A stretch of 248,000 nt of DNA, from the NCBI RefSeq assembly GCF_000737315.1, contig NZ_JMCB01000001.1, positions 20,001 through 268,000 of the forward strand. Reading direction: 5' to 3'. The first letter of the stretch is position 1, and each line of letters begins with the position of its first letter. The stretch comes from Hyalangium minutum (GTDB taxonomy: Bacteria; Myxococcota; Myxococcia; Myxococcales; Myxococcaceae). The position numbers and the translations under genes were made by a program. Below are positions 212,651 to 223,040 of the stretch, piece after piece. The notes beneath the pieces are model-generated. The model made no database searches. It worked only from the letters and a program-made list of their open reading frames with translations, and was not told where the DNA came from.

Positions 212651-213469
212651 CTAGCGCCCCTTCCGCCCGAGGCCACCGGAAACCTGCCGCCCCTGTTGGG
212701 GTGGCGCCAGTGCGGTGCTGCGGCGGTGCTCCTGGGGTGCATCCAAGAACGTGCCGAGAAGCACCCAGCGTCGCGCCGCGTCCTGGGCGCCGGGCCTGGC
212801 CACCAGAGGCGTGGTGTAGTGCCAGAAGGGCAGCCGGTACACCGTCATCCCGCCCAAGGTGTTGACGCTGGCGATCTCCGAGAAGTGTCCTCCCTTGGCG
212901 TAGACGAGCCACTGGTGCGCCACGGCCGGGGTGGCCAGGGTGAGGTGCATGTCCACGTACCCGTCGCGGGCCTCGAGGTCCTCGGGGTGGTGATCATTGT
213001 GCGGGCCGGTGTAGTCCCCGGGCCCGTAGCACAGAGCCTGGATGCCCCAGTTGCGCCGCAGCGCACGTCCACTCACGGCGGCGGCGAAGGCCCCGAAGCT
213101 CTCCGAGCGCAGCATGGCCGTGAGCCCCACCCGCTCGGCCGCGCGCCACGAGCGGGAGCGGCGGCTTCCGAGCAGCGCCGTCCGTACGCGCACCGCCTTG
213201 GGCAGCAATTCCGAGTAGTTCTCCGTCATCCCCAGCAGGCTCTCGGGGGGAATCGGATCATCCATCTGCGTGAGCGTGCCGAGCAGTTCCTCCTCCAGCG
213301 CATCGCGGCAGGCGGCGGCCTTCTTTGCGTCGACGACCCCCGTCAACGAGATGAAGCGCTGCGGCGGCACTCGGAGCAGTGCGCCACAGACTTTTTCGTC
213401 TTGTCCTTTGAGAATCCGGAGGCCCTTGGGGGTCAGGAGGTCGGCAAAATCGGAAGGGAACATGGGCAT
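212651..213469 (-). CDS. 2OG-Fe(II) oxygenase-like hypothetical protein
   Basis: Y.PGDY.GPH.D, WH. Confidence 0.55.
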   Translation of the reverse strand: MPMFPSDFADLLTPKGLRILKGQDEKVCGALLRVPPQRFISLTGVVDAKKAAACRDALEEELLGTLTQMDDPIPPESLLGMTENYSELLPKAVRVRTALLGSRRSRSWRAAERVGLTAMLRSESFGAFAAAVSGRALRRNWGIQALCYGPGDYTGPHNDHHPEDLEARDGYVDMHLTLATPAVAHQWLVYAKGGHFSEIASVNTLGGMTVYRLPFWHYTTPLVARPGAQDAARRWVLLGTFLDAPQEHRRSTALAPPQQGRQVSGGLGRKGR

Positions 213470-213470
213470 G

Positions 213471-213497
213471 GCAACTTTCACCCAGACTGTCAGATAA
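213471..213497 (+). promoter_or_regulatory. Sigma28-like promoter
   Basis: GCAACTT-N13-CAGATAA, 31 bp before the ATG at 213529. Confidence 0.5.
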
Positions 213498-213528
213498 TGC
213501 TCCCAACGTCTTCCCCCGGAGCTCTTCC

Positions 213529-214245
213529 ATGGATCCCATCGGCCGCCGCCCCAGTGCCCTCCCTTCTCTTCCCACGGCTGCTCCGGCGGAGACCCGCCCT
213601 GCTGCGGCCCCCGTGAAGGCGGCCGCCACGAACGCCGTGAGCCAGCTGCAGCGCAGCAGCTTCGAGGCCCCGGTGGCGAAGGCCGCAGCGGCTCAGCCGA
213701 TGCCGGGCGCATGGCGCGGTGGGCCGGACACGCCGGTGGGCAAGGCGATCGCCGGGATGGTCGAGCGGATGCGCGCCTCGGACGCGTCGGGCATCAAGAT
213801 CAAGGGAGACACGATGGAGAGCCTGTTCACGCGGGCCATCCTGGACAACAAGCACGTGTCGAATGATCAGCTGCTGGCCATCACCCAGGTGAAGCTGGAC
213901 CAGCTGGCCACCAGCCCCGAGGATCGCGCCAAGGTGCTGCAGAAGGTGCCCAACGCCCGGGAGCTGCCGGTGCACAAGTTCACGGTGGGCATGCTCGCGG
214001 CGGCCACGGGCATTGATCCGAAGGCGCTCTCCGAGGCCTGCCCGGATCTGGGCCTGACGGGCGCGCCGGGCACCCCGCTGCTGTACGCGGCGAAGACGGA
214101 GCGGATGCAGCGCTCCACCGCGCTCCACGACTTCACGGACTACCTGCGCGGCGCGGGCGTGAAGGGCATGAACAAGGCCGTCTGGGGGGTGGAGAACCGC
214201 ATCCTCTCGGCCGCCGTGAGCGCGCTCGGCGGTGGGCGCTACTAA
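213529..214245 (+). CDS. Hypothetical protein, candidate T3SS substrate
   Basis: no signal peptide; Ser/Pro/Ala-rich N-terminus with SSFE. Confidence 0.6.
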   Translation: MDPIGRRPSALPSLPTAAPAETRPAAAPVKAAATNAVSQLQRSSFEAPVAKAAAAQPMPGAWRGGPDTPVGKAIAGMVERMRASDASGIKIKGDTMESLFTRAILDNKHVSNDQLLAITQVKLDQLATSPEDRAKVLQKVPNARELPVHKFTVGMLAAATGIDPKALSEACPDLGLTGAPGTPLLYAAKTERMQRSTALHDFTDYLRGAGVKGMNKAVWGVENRILSAAVSALGGGRY

Positions 214246-214360
214246 CTAACAGCGGCTCGTGGGCGGCAACATCTCGGGATGGAAGATCCCGAGTGGTTCC
214301 CACACATATTGGTCGATGGGCACCCAGGAGATGTATCTGAGGGGGTGTTTCTCGGCATGG

Positions 214361-215287
214361 CTACGGCAGTAGGTCGAGAAAGCGGCGCTCCCAGCGCTGG
214401 GTGTCCTCCTCGGACTGGCCGAGCATCCTTCCTCTGGGATCGCGGAAGAGCCACGGCTCCAGGACTTGAGCCAGCTCGCGGTAGGCTGGGAGCGTGTCGC
214501 CTCGCTCAATGTCGCCGGCCTCGGGCCATGCGCCCAGGGTGACGAGCACCTTGTCCCCTTCCATCTCCTGGACCGTGGTGCCGAGGCCGTGGAGCCGTGC
214601 GCGCAGCCCCGCAGCGCCTCCAAGCTGTCCCAGCACGGGCTGGCCCAGGAACGTGAGCCAGTGCGGACCTCTCACGCCGGTTCCGACCTCCCAGGAGAGG
214701 GACTCGGGCGAGTCGTAGACGTCGATGCCCGGATAGCGAAGCCAGTAACGGGCCACTTCGCGCCGGACTCCCACCAGCGCGTACTCGGCATTGAAGGACA
214801 GGCCCCCGTGCCCGGAGCAGAGGGGGAGAGGAGCAGCCAGTCCCATGGCCAGCTCTCGCACTCGCCCTGGGCCATGCTCCTCCAGGAACTCCGTGGGCAG
214901 CCAGAAAGTTGCCGCACACACCGGGCCCGGTCTGTGCCCCTCATGGAGCGCTTCAAGGTTCTTTTTGCCCCAGTAGTCGAAGCGATACCGGCTCTCGGTA
215001 TCGGAGCCGTCCCTCAACCGGATCATGGGAGACTGACTCTCACCTAGCTCTCGCCGAGTGATTTCCCAGCCCCGTTCGTCGAGCGGCTGCGGCTCTCCCT
215101 CATCATCCATGTACCAACCCAGCGCCTGCGGCCCAACGGCACGCAGGTACACCTCCAGAGAACGGAGGACGTTCTCGACGATCTGCAGGTGTGAATGACG
215201 CATGTAGAAGCTGATGCTCAGCCCCTCGCGGACCAACTCGAAGCCATTTTTGGCCCGGACACGTATCCGCGGGTAGCGCTCGCTCAT
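214361..215287 (-). CDS. DUF3396 (TsiV-like) immunity protein
   Basis: F.LP.E.L.E.G...R, G..G.SF, WLTFLG, L.PW. Confidence 0.8.
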   Translation of the reverse strand: MSERYPRIRVRAKNGFELVREGLSISFYMRHSHLQIVENVLRSLEVYLRAVGPQALGWYMDDEGEPQPLDERGWEITRRELGESQSPMIRLRDGSDTESRYRFDYWGKKNLEALHEGHRPGPVCAATFWLPTEFLEEHGPGRVRELAMGLAAPLPLCSGHGGLSFNAEYALVGVRREVARYWLRYPGIDVYDSPESLSWEVGTGVRGPHWLTFLGQPVLGQLGGAAGLRARLHGLGTTVQEMEGDKVLVTLGAWPEAGDIERGDTLPAYRELAQVLEPWLFRDPRGRMLGQSEEDTQRWERRFLDLLP

Positions 215288-216141
215288 CGTGCGACTCCCA
215301 GGTGAGGTTGAACACGCGCAGGCTGCCCGCCCAGGGCTTTCCGGTACACCTCTCCCTGAGTTTTCCCTCCATGTGGACTTCCTGCTGGGTACTTTCTCCA
215401 GTCCAACGTCCTAGAGGTGTTCGCACAAGGGAACTTGTAGTCGTAGCCGTCCTGGACCCGGTGGGGCTGCCCTTCATGGATGACGATGTCGGGCTCGATG
215501 GTTCCGCGAAGCTCCGCGCTGCGTCCCTGTCTCAGCAACGTCTCCACCGCCTCGCGAGGGAGGTACTCGGCCTTGCCGGTCTCCGGGTCGACTCGGTAGC
215601 GGGGCTGGATGCTGAAGCCGCCCGGCTTCAGTTCCTGGAGCTTCTTCTCGGCACACTGAAGGGCGACGGTGTGTTGCTCCACACCCAATTGCATCGCTCG
215701 CGTGATGGGCTGCCCCTGGCTATCTGTACCGACGACCTCGTTGCACTCCTCGCGTGTGGGGGAACGCCCGAAGTGCTTGAGCATCACCTCGGAGCGTGCC
215801 GCATCCGCACACTCGGCAAGGGCTTCGTCAAGGCGGGCCTGCAGCCCAGCGTTCAGGGAGTGGCCGACTTGGATGACAGCAGCGCCCACCACACTGGCGG
215901 CGAGCACAGGTACGCTTGTCGCGGGTAGAGGAGGTGGCCCCGGGGGAGGATTGGGGACCACCCGGAGTCCTGGCGTGGGTGGGCAGTTGGCCGGGTTCCT
216001 GACGCAGGTATTCGAAACGGTGTCCGGGACTTGGGCATACTGGCGGGGGACGCCGTAGCTGGCCGTGCCACAGGCCGTGAAGAAGAGGACCGCGCTGAGT
216101 GCCCTCCACACCGCCCACCCGGATGAATCTCCTCGCTTCAT
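215284..216141 (-). CDS. Lipoprotein toxin with C-terminal PD-(D/E)xK-like nuclease
   Basis: lipobox FTAC; EPDIVIH...YDYKFPC; 4-bp overlap with DUF3396 gene. Confidence 0.65.
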   Translation of the reverse strand: MKRGDSSGWAVWRALSAVLFFTACGTASYGVPRQYAQVPDTVSNTCVRNPANCPPTPGLRVVPNPPPGPPPLPATSVPVLAASVVGAAVIQVGHSLNAGLQARLDEALAECADAARSEVMLKHFGRSPTREECNEVVGTDSQGQPITRAMQLGVEQHTVALQCAEKKLQELKPGGFSIQPRYRVDPETGKAEYLPREAVETLLRQGRSAELRGTIEPDIVIHEGQPHRVQDGYDYKFPCANTSRTLDWRKYPAGSPHGGKTQGEVYRKALGGQPARVQPHLGVAR

Positions 216142-216376
216142 GGAGGGCTCCGTTCCCAAGGTTCTCGCGATTCTACCGAAGTGAGCACTGCTCCCCCGAT
216201 TCAACCAAGGGAGCAAGGATCCCCCTTCTGCGCGTCCACGTACTTGGGGCTGATGGCCACGTAGCCCACCTTCCCCGTCTTCGTCGGCGCCTCCGCCTGG
216301 AGACAATCATCAGGACGAGGCCCACCCCGTAGCCGAAGCTGATGACCCAACCCGCGTAGCAAATCCATGGCATGAA

Positions 216377-216452
216377 GAGCCAGATGCGGGAATTCTGCAC
216401 GTCCGGATCCGTGGGGAGCCCGGGGCCAGTCAGCGCCCGGGTTTACTCGACC
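216377..216452 (+). mobile_element. Group II intron 3' remnant (domains V-VI)
   Basis: gagccagatgcgggaattctgcacgtccggatccgtggggagc D5 with AGC triad, then a hairpin ending ...tactcgac. Confidence 0.7.
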
Positions 216453-216456
216453 AATT

Positions 216457-216490
216457 CCAAGCTGCGGGTTCGATTCCTGCCGCCTCCACT
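216457..216490 (+). repeat. tmRNA/tRNA 3'-end-like repeat (short copy)
   Basis: ccaagctgcgggttcgattcctgccgcctccact. Confidence 0.65.
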
Positions 216491-216491
216491 T

Positions 216492-217430
216492 TTACTCATT
216501 GGTGCCGCCCTCCAGCCGCTGACGGGCCGCCTCGCGGCGCTTCGCCCGGGCCTTGCCCGCAACTCCAAGCAGGGCCTTGTCCCGCGCCCACCGCTCGCGC
216601 GTGGGTGCGTCCACCTGAGGCCACCACTCCTCCAGTGACTTCACGAGCCGCTGGCACAGGTCCAGCGCTCCCCCCAGCGCCACGTGCACCGCCGGGGACG
216701 AGGGGTCCGCCAGCGCGAGCCCTCGAATCATCACCGCCACCGCGAGCACCTCGTCCTGCACCCGCTCGGGCCAGCCCGAGCGCCGCCCCACCTGCAGCAA
216801 CCAGCCCAGCAGCGCCGCGTGCACGTGGCAGTCCTCCACCGTCCGGAACGGCTTGAGGTACCTCGTATAGCCGTCCCCGGGCAGCACCTCGTCCGGAGAC
216901 ACCTTCACATCGGTCAGCTGCAGCTCCGCGTGGGGAACCTCCGGGACGAATGGCGTCTCGGGGAGCACGTTGAGGTGCACGCCCTCGCGGTGGGCGTCGA
217001 TCATCACCACCCGGAGCCGGTTCCGCCCCTGCTCATCCAGTCCCTCAGTGGCCACGACGAACAGTGTGTCCGCCGCCGTGCCCAACGTAACGAACCCTTT
217101 CGAGCCCGAGAGCCGCAGCGGCCCGCCGCCGTCGCCTCCGATGAGCCGGGTCTGGATGGCACTGGGATGGGCGCTCCCGGCCTCGGTCGCACAGAGCGCG
217201 GCACGGTGGTCCTTGGGCATCCCCGTGAAGAGCGAGCGCAACGCCGCGTGATACCCGGAGGCGAACGCGAACCCCAGCCGGTCCGCCCGGAACCCTCCCG
217301 CCAGCGCGAGGTCCACGGGCGACTGGAACCGGGAGGCCAGCTCAAGGTGCTGCCGCCACCATTCTTCCAGGGAGCCAAGCGTGCCTGGTTGGGGAGGCGT
217401 CGTGAGGAGGAATCGGAGGATTTCGTCCAC
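216492..217430 (-). CDS. Acyl-CoA dehydrogenase-like protein
   Basis: ALCATE, G.K.FVT, Y.KPFRT.ED. Confidence 0.75.
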   Translation of the reverse strand: MDEILRFLLTTPPQPGTLGSLEEWWRQHLELASRFQSPVDLALAGGFRADRLGFAFASGYHAALRSLFTGMPKDHRAALCATEAGSAHPSAIQTRLIGGDGGGPLRLSGSKGFVTLGTAADTLFVVATEGLDEQGRNRLRVVMIDAHREGVHLNVLPETPFVPEVPHAELQLTDVKVSPDEVLPGDGYTRYLKPFRTVEDCHVHAALLGWLLQVGRRSGWPERVQDEVLAVAVMIRGLALADPSSPAVHVALGGALDLCQRLVKSLEEWWPQVDAPTRERWARDKALLGVAGKARAKRREAARQRLEGGTNE

Positions 217431-217566
217431 CTCCCCACTCTAAGTCATGGGAAATACTTCTTGTCCCCAAACCTCCCCATGGGGACTCTGTTGAGATGTA
217501 CGACGGGTTTTAACCATCGACCGGTCCGGGGGTTCTCCTTCCAGACCTGCACGCTCGCCCAGCAAG

Positions 217567-218898
217567 ATGCCCACCTCCCCCGGCAAACCTCCTCGCAGCG
217601 CCCCGACCGCTCTGATGGTGGGGCTCCTCGCCCTGACCCTCACCCCGAGTCTCAGTGCCGCCCAGGAGGAGTCGTCGTGGGTGAGCATGACACTCGAAGA
217701 GGCGATGGACCGGGCGCTCAAAGCCAGCCCCCAGATCGTCCAAGCTCAGGGCACCATCCGCAACGCCGCAGCCTCCGAGCGAAGCGCCTTCGGGGCCTAC
217801 CTGCCCAGCCTGTCCGCCAACGCCAGCAGCTCGCTGTCCAGCACCGAGCGCCTCAACCCCACCACGGGCACCCCCGTCACCGGCTCCGCCGATTCCTACA
217901 GTGCGGGCCTCTCGGCCTCGTGGGACGTGTTCACCGGGTTCCGCCGGAAAAATGAGCGCATGCGCGCCCAGGCCGAGTCCCAGTCCGCCGAGGCCCAGCT
218001 CGTGGGCCAGCGCTTCACCGTGGAGCTCTCCGTCGCGCGCTCCTTCTTCGAGGCCCTGCGCGCCGAGGAGCTCATGACCGTGGCCAAGGCCCGCATCGAG
218101 CGCGCTCGCGAGGGCGTCGAGGCCGCCGAGCGCCGCTTGGCCGTGGGCTCGGCCACGCGCTCGGATGTGCTCCGCTCCCAGCTTGAGCTCAACACCGCCC
218201 AGGAGTCCCTGCTCCAGTTGGAGAACCAGCGCCTGACGTCAGGCCTCACCCTGGGGCGGCTCGTCGGCACCGATGGCCCCGTGGACCCGGCTCCCTCCGG
218301 TCCTCTGGAGCCCACGCCGATCCAGTCCTCGCGCGAGGACATCATCTCCAGCCTCGTCGCCCAGGCGCCTTCGGTGAAGTCCGCGGAGGCCGCCGTGCTC
218401 TCGGCCGATGCAGGTATCGGCACGGCGCGCTCGCAGTACTACCCCACCGTCCGCCTCTCCGCCGGCTATGACTGGTTCAACCAGGACTTCGGCTTCGCGG
218501 GAGGCCGGACGAGCTGGTCCGTCCGGCTCGGGGTCTCCTATCCCATCTTCGACGGCTTCCAGCGCGAGGGGGGGATGATCCGCGCGACCACTGCGGCCGA
218601 AGTCAGCCAGGCCCAGCTCCTGGACACCCGCCGCGCCGTCCGCTCCGAGGCCGAGCGGGTGATGAGCCAACTCGCTCTCTCGGAGAAGCGCGTCACCATG
218701 GCCCGGCAGGCCGTGGAGGTCGCCCAGGAGGATCTGCGCGTCCAACAGGAGCGCTATCGCCTGGGTGCCACCACCATCCTCGAGCTGCTCACCTCCCAGG
218801 CCGCCCTCGTCGAGGCCCAGAACAACCTCGTGAGCCTGCGCTTCGACTACCTGCTGTCCCGCTCCGAGCTGGAGTCCGTTCTCGGGAGGAAGCTGTGA
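217567..218898 (+). CDS. TolC family outer-membrane protein
   Basis: YLP.L, Y.P.V, ERY.LG..T.LELL. Confidence 0.88.
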   Translation: MPTSPGKPPRSAPTALMVGLLALTLTPSLSAAQEESSWVSMTLEEAMDRALKASPQIVQAQGTIRNAAASERSAFGAYLPSLSANASSSLSSTERLNPTTGTPVTGSADSYSAGLSASWDVFTGFRRKNERMRAQAESQSAEAQLVGQRFTVELSVARSFFEALRAEELMTVAKARIERAREGVEAAERRLAVGSATRSDVLRSQLELNTAQESLLQLENQRLTSGLTLGRLVGTDGPVDPAPSGPLEPTPIQSSREDIISSLVAQAPSVKSAEAAVLSADAGIGTARSQYYPTVRLSAGYDWFNQDFGFAGGRTSWSVRLGVSYPIFDGFQREGGMIRATTAAEVSQAQLLDTRRAVRSEAERVMSQLALSEKRVTMARQAVEVAQEDLRVQQERYRLGATTILELLTSQAALVEAQNNLVSLRFDYLLSRSELESVLGRKL

Positions 218899-219608
218899 AC
218901 GCCGGCGAGCGCTCGGTCCTGGACGTGGTCATCCGCGTCGAGAGCCTGACGAAGACGTACAAGATGGGCTCGGAGGAAGTGCACGCCCTGCGCGGAGTCA
219001 ACCTGGAGATCCGCCGCAACGAGTACGTCGCCGTCATGGGCCCCTCCGGCTCCGGCAAGTCCACTTTCATGAACCTCATTGGCTGCCTGGATATCCCGAG
219101 CGGCGGCCAGTACTGGCTCAACGGCCAGCCCGTGGCGGGACTGAGCGAGGAGGCGCTGGCCCGGATACGCAACCGCGAGATCGGCTTCGTCTTCCAGAGC
219201 TTCAACCTGCTGCCCCGCGCCTCCGCGCTGGACAATGTGGCGCTGCCGCTCGTCTACGCGGGCGTGAGGAAGAGCATCCGCCGCGAGCGGGCCGCCGTGC
219301 TGCTCGACAAGGTGGGCCTCGGGGCGCGCAAGGACCACCGCCCCAACGAGATGTCCGGCGGCCAGCGCCAGCGCGTGGCCATTGCCCGGGCCCTCGTCAC
219401 CCAGCCCGCACTGCTGCTGGCGGACGAGCCCACCGGAGCGCTCGACAGCAAGACCGGCGAGGAGATCATGGCGCTCTTCGGTGAACTCCATGCCCAGGGA
219501 CAGACCTTGATGCTCGTTACCCATGAATCCGACATTGCCGAGCACGCCAAGCGCGTCCTCTTTCTCAAGGACGGCGTGATCGAGCGGGATGACCGGAAGA
219601 AAGACTGA
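218895..219608 (+). CDS. MacB-like ABC ATP-binding protein
   Basis: [16 protein letters not shown]. Confidence 0.92.
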   Translation: MNAGERSVLDVVIRVESLTKTYKMGSEEVHALRGVNLEIRRNEYVAVMGPSGSGKSTFMNLIGCLDIPSGGQYWLNGQPVAGLSEEALARIRNREIGFVFQSFNLLPRASALDNVALPLVYAGVRKSIRRERAAVLLDKVGLGARKDHRPNEMSGGQRQRVAIARALVTQPALLLADEPTGALDSKTGEEIMALFGELHAQGQTLMLVTHESDIAEHAKRVLFLKDGVIERDDRKKD

Positions 219609-219623
219609 ACGGGAGAGGCGCTC

Positions 219624-221117
219624 GTGAACTGGAAGAAGGTGGTCCTCATCCTCGGAGTGCTGGCCCTCGTGGGAGCGGGCGTGTACTTCGTGCGCGGCCA
219701 GGCCGCGGCGAAGACGCCTCAGCGCGAGCTGCCCACCGCCGAGGCCAAGCGCATGGACATGGAGATCGTCGCCGAGGCCTCCGGCCTGCTGGAGCCCATC
219801 CGCGTCGTGGAGGTGAAGTCGAAGGCCTCCGGTGAGGTGCTCCGCGTGCTCGTCGAGACTGGCAACGCGGTGAAGCAGGGAGACCTGCTGACGGAGATCG
219901 ATCCCCGCGACGTGCAGAACGCGCTCATCCAGGCCGAGGCGGACCTCGAGTCCGCCCAGGTCCGCATGAAGACCGTCGAGGCCCAGCGCCAGCGCATGGA
220001 GGCCCTGCGGGCCACCGGCGTCGTCACGCAGCAGGAGCTGGAGACCGCCGTGGATGCCGCCGCCACGGCCCGCGCCGCCGTCGTCCGCGCCGATACGAAC
220101 CTGCAGCTGGCCCGAGAGCGGCGCAAGGACGTGACGATCCGTGCGCCGATCGACGGCACCATCCTGGAGCGCACCATCGAGCCTGGGCAGATCATCGCCT
220201 CGGCCACCACCAACGTGTCCGGCGGCACCACGCTGTTCAAGATGGCCGACATGTCCGAGATGCAGGTCCGCACGAAGGTGGACGAGACCGACATCGGGAA
220301 GATCCGCCCCGGCCTGGAGGCGCGCGTCTCGCTGGAGGCCTACCCCAGCCGCACCTTCACCGGCGAGGTCGTCAAGATCGAGCCTCAGGCCGTGGTCGAG
220401 CAGAACGTGACGCTCTTCCCCGTGCTCATCCGCCTGAAGAACCCGGAGGGGTTGCTCAAGCCCGGGATGAACGCGGAGGTGGGTGTCCAGATCGCCAGCC
220501 GCCAGGACGTCGTCACGGTCCCCAACACGGCGGTGGTGAGCCCTCGCGAGGCAGCCACCGCGGCGTCGGCGCTCGGCCTGGACGAGGCCACGGTGCGCGC
220601 GACGCTGCGCCCATCGGGAGCTGCTCCCTCGACGGGTCCAGCCCCTGAGACGCCCGCGGCCCCGTCTCCGGAGTGCGCGGAGCTGTTCGAGCGCCTCAAG
220701 ACGGATGCGGGCCCCCCCAGCCTGTCCGACGCGGATCGCGAGAAGCTCCAGGCGTGCAGGCCCGAGGGCATGGCCGAGGGCGGTGGCCGGGGCGGACGGT
220801 TCCGCGGCGGCCAGGGCCAGCAGCGCGGAAACAACGCGGACCGGCGTCCCGGGGTGGTCTTCGTTCAGCAGCAGGACGGCAGCCCCCAGCCCCGGCGCGT
220901 CATGCTGGGCCTGAGCGACTGGGAAAACACGGAGGTCCTCAACGGCCTGGAGGCGGGCGAGAAGGTGCTCCTGGTCGCCGTGGCCCAGCTCCAGCAACAG
221001 CAGCAGCAGAGCATGGATCGGATGCGGCAGCGGGCCGGCGGCGTCATCCCCGGCGCGGGCGGCGGAGCTCGTGGCGGTGGTGGCGGTGGTGGCGGCGGTG
221101 GCGGCACCCGGAGGTAA
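219624..221117 (+). CDS. MacA-like periplasmic adaptor
   Basis: V.S..SG.V, I.APIDG.I, L.PGM.A.V. Confidence 0.88.
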   Translation: MNWKKVVLILGVLALVGAGVYFVRGQAAAKTPQRELPTAEAKRMDMEIVAEASGLLEPIRVVEVKSKASGEVLRVLVETGNAVKQGDLLTEIDPRDVQNALIQAEADLESAQVRMKTVEAQRQRMEALRATGVVTQQELETAVDAAATARAAVVRADTNLQLARERRKDVTIRAPIDGTILERTIEPGQIIASATTNVSGGTTLFKMADMSEMQVRTKVDETDIGKIRPGLEARVSLEAYPSRTFTGEVVKIEPQAVVEQNVTLFPVLIRLKNPEGLLKPGMNAEVGVQIASRQDVVTVPNTAVVSPREAATAASALGLDEATVRATLRPSGAAPSTGPAPETPAAPSPECAELFERLKTDAGPPSLSDADREKLQACRPEGMAEGGGRGGRFRGGQGQQRGNNADRRPGVVFVQQQDGSPQPRRVMLGLSDWENTEVLNGLEAGEKVLLVAVAQLQQQQQQSMDRMRQRAGGVIPGAGGGARGGGGGGGGGGGTRR

Positions 221118-221124
221118 CGCGGCC

Positions 221125-222336
221125 ATGATCATCTTCGAGATCCTCTGGGTGGCGCTGGACGCGATCGTCGCCAACAAGCTGCGCTCGCTGCTCACCATGC
221201 TGGGCGTCGTCATCGGCATCGCGGCGGTCATCACCATGGTGGCCCTGGGCGAGGGAGCCCAGCGCTCGGTGGAGGCCCGGCTGAAGACGCTGGGCGCCAA
221301 CGTGCTCACCGTCCGCCCCGGGCAAAGCTTCGCGGGTGGACTGGGCCGAGGCCAGGCCGCGCTCACCGCCGAGGATGCGGAGGCGCTCCGCGAGGCGCCT
221401 CAGTACATCCAGGCCGTCTCGCCCGAACTGGAGGGCCGGGTGCAGATCGAGAACGGCGCGAGCAACGCCAACATGTCCATCGTGGGCGTGTGGCCCACCT
221501 ACTTCAGCGTCAACAACTATCAGCTGTCAGACGGGCGCCTCTTCACCGAGGCGGAAGAGCGAGGCCGCCGCCGCATCGCCGTCCTGGGTGCCCTGGTGGG
221601 CTCGCAGCTCGGCGGCGTCTCGAGCGAGTCACTGGTGGGGAAGACGATCCGGATCGGCGGCGTGCCCTTCGAGGTCATCGGGGTGCTCACGGAGAAGGGC
221701 TCCCAGGGATTCTCCAATCCGGACGAGAGCCTCTACATCCCCCTGGCGACCGCGCAGTTCCGCGTCATGGGCAGTGACCGCGTGCGCTCCATCGCCGTGC
221801 AGGCCACGAGCGAGGACACCATGGATGACGCCATGGTGGAGATCGATCAGGTCCTCCGGCGCCAGCACCGGCTGCGGCCTGGGCAAGATGCGGACTTCAA
221901 CATCCGCGATCAGGCCTCGCTGCTCAGCACCGTGCAGGAGACCACGCAGACGTTCACCTTGCTGCTGGCGGGCATCGCGGCGATCTCCCTGCTGGTGGGA
222001 GGCATCGGCATCATGAACATCATGCTGGTGTCGGTGACGGAGCGCACCCGGGAGATCGGCCTGCGCAAGGCGCTGGGCGCGCGGCCCAACGACATCATGC
222101 TGCAGTTCCTCATCGAGTCGCTCGTGCTGTGCCTCGTCGGCGGCGGCCTGGGGCTGCTGCTGGGTCTGGGCGGCTCGTATGCGCTTCAGCAGCTCGCGGG
222201 GTGGCAGACGGCCGTGGCGCCCGAGTCGGTGGTGCTGGCCTTCGTGTTCTCGGGCGGCGTGGGCGTGTTCTTCGGCATCTGGCCTGCCCGGCGTGCGGCG
222301 AGCCTCACGCCGATCGAGTCTCTCCGGTACGAGTAG
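221125..222336 (+). CDS. MacB-like ABC permease
   Basis: RSLLTMLGVVIGI, SVTERTREIG.RKALGA. Confidence 0.92.
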   Translation: MIIFEILWVALDAIVANKLRSLLTMLGVVIGIAAVITMVALGEGAQRSVEARLKTLGANVLTVRPGQSFAGGLGRGQAALTAEDAEALREAPQYIQAVSPELEGRVQIENGASNANMSIVGVWPTYFSVNNYQLSDGRLFTEAEERGRRRIAVLGALVGSQLGGVSSESLVGKTIRIGGVPFEVIGVLTEKGSQGFSNPDESLYIPLATAQFRVMGSDRVRSIAVQATSEDTMDDAMVEIDQVLRRQHRLRPGQDADFNIRDQASLLSTVQETTQTFTLLLAGIAAISLLVGGIGIMNIMLVSVTERTREIGLRKALGARPNDIMLQFLIESLVLCLVGGGLGLLLGLGGSYALQQLAGWQTAVAPESVVLAFVFSGGVGVFFGIWPARRAASLTPIESLRYE

Positions 222337-222351
222337 CCCGCGGCCCCGCGC

Positions 222352-222990
222352 CTACGCCTGCTTGCGCGTCTTCGAGCGGGCGCCGCCCCGCGCCGTCTGC
222401 TTGCGCTGGGAGCCCTTGGCGCGGGTCTTCTTCTGCGTGCTCGCGCCCTTCTTGGCGGCCTTCTTCGCTGCCTTCCGGGCCCGCTGGGGCGGCTTGGGGG
222501 GCGCCAGGATGGTGCCCCGGCAGTCCTTCGCGCCACAGCGGCACACGTAGAGCGCCTCGGATTCCTCGTCCATGCCCTCGGCCCGCTCGTAGGCGTAGTC
222601 GTAGACGAGCTCCGTACCGGGCGAGATGTCCTTCAGGGCGTAGATGAAGATCTTGTCGCCCTCGATGAGCGCCTGGCAGTTGGGATCGCAACTGTGGTTG
222701 ATGAAGCGCGCCTCGTTGCCGTCCACCGCGGCGTCGATCACCGTGTCGTCGTCCAGGGTGAACAGGAAGGTGTGGTGGCGGCCCATGGCCTCGTCGTCGT
222801 AGCGCTTGTCCGCCTCGTCCTGAGTGATGCGCTCACCGGTGTACTCGATGATGCGCGCGCCCTTGCGGATGCGGCGCGTGGCGAAGGCGCCCCGCCCTTG
222901 GATGGGGGACTCGCGCAGCTCGAACGACAGCGGGCGACCGGTACTGGAGGGCGGGGAGGCAGAGGACTTCTTCGAGGTGGAGTCTGTCAT
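222352..222990 (-). CDS. SET domain protein
   Basis: G.GAFA, ARFINHSC.PN, ELVYDY, post-SET C.CG...C. Confidence 0.9.
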   Translation of the reverse strand: MTDSTSKKSSASPPSSTGRPLSFELRESPIQGRGAFATRRIRKGARIIEYTGERITQDEADKRYDDEAMGRHHTFLFTLDDDTVIDAAVDGNEARFINHSCDPNCQALIEGDKIFIYALKDISPGTELVYDYAYERAEGMDEESEALYVCRCGAKDCRGTILAPPKPPQRARKAAKKAAKKGASTQKKTRAKGSQRKQTARGGARSKTRKQA

Positions 222991-223040
222991 CGATTGGTAT
223001 ACCTTGCCGCACTCGGACCTTCGATGAAAGGCGCTCGACG

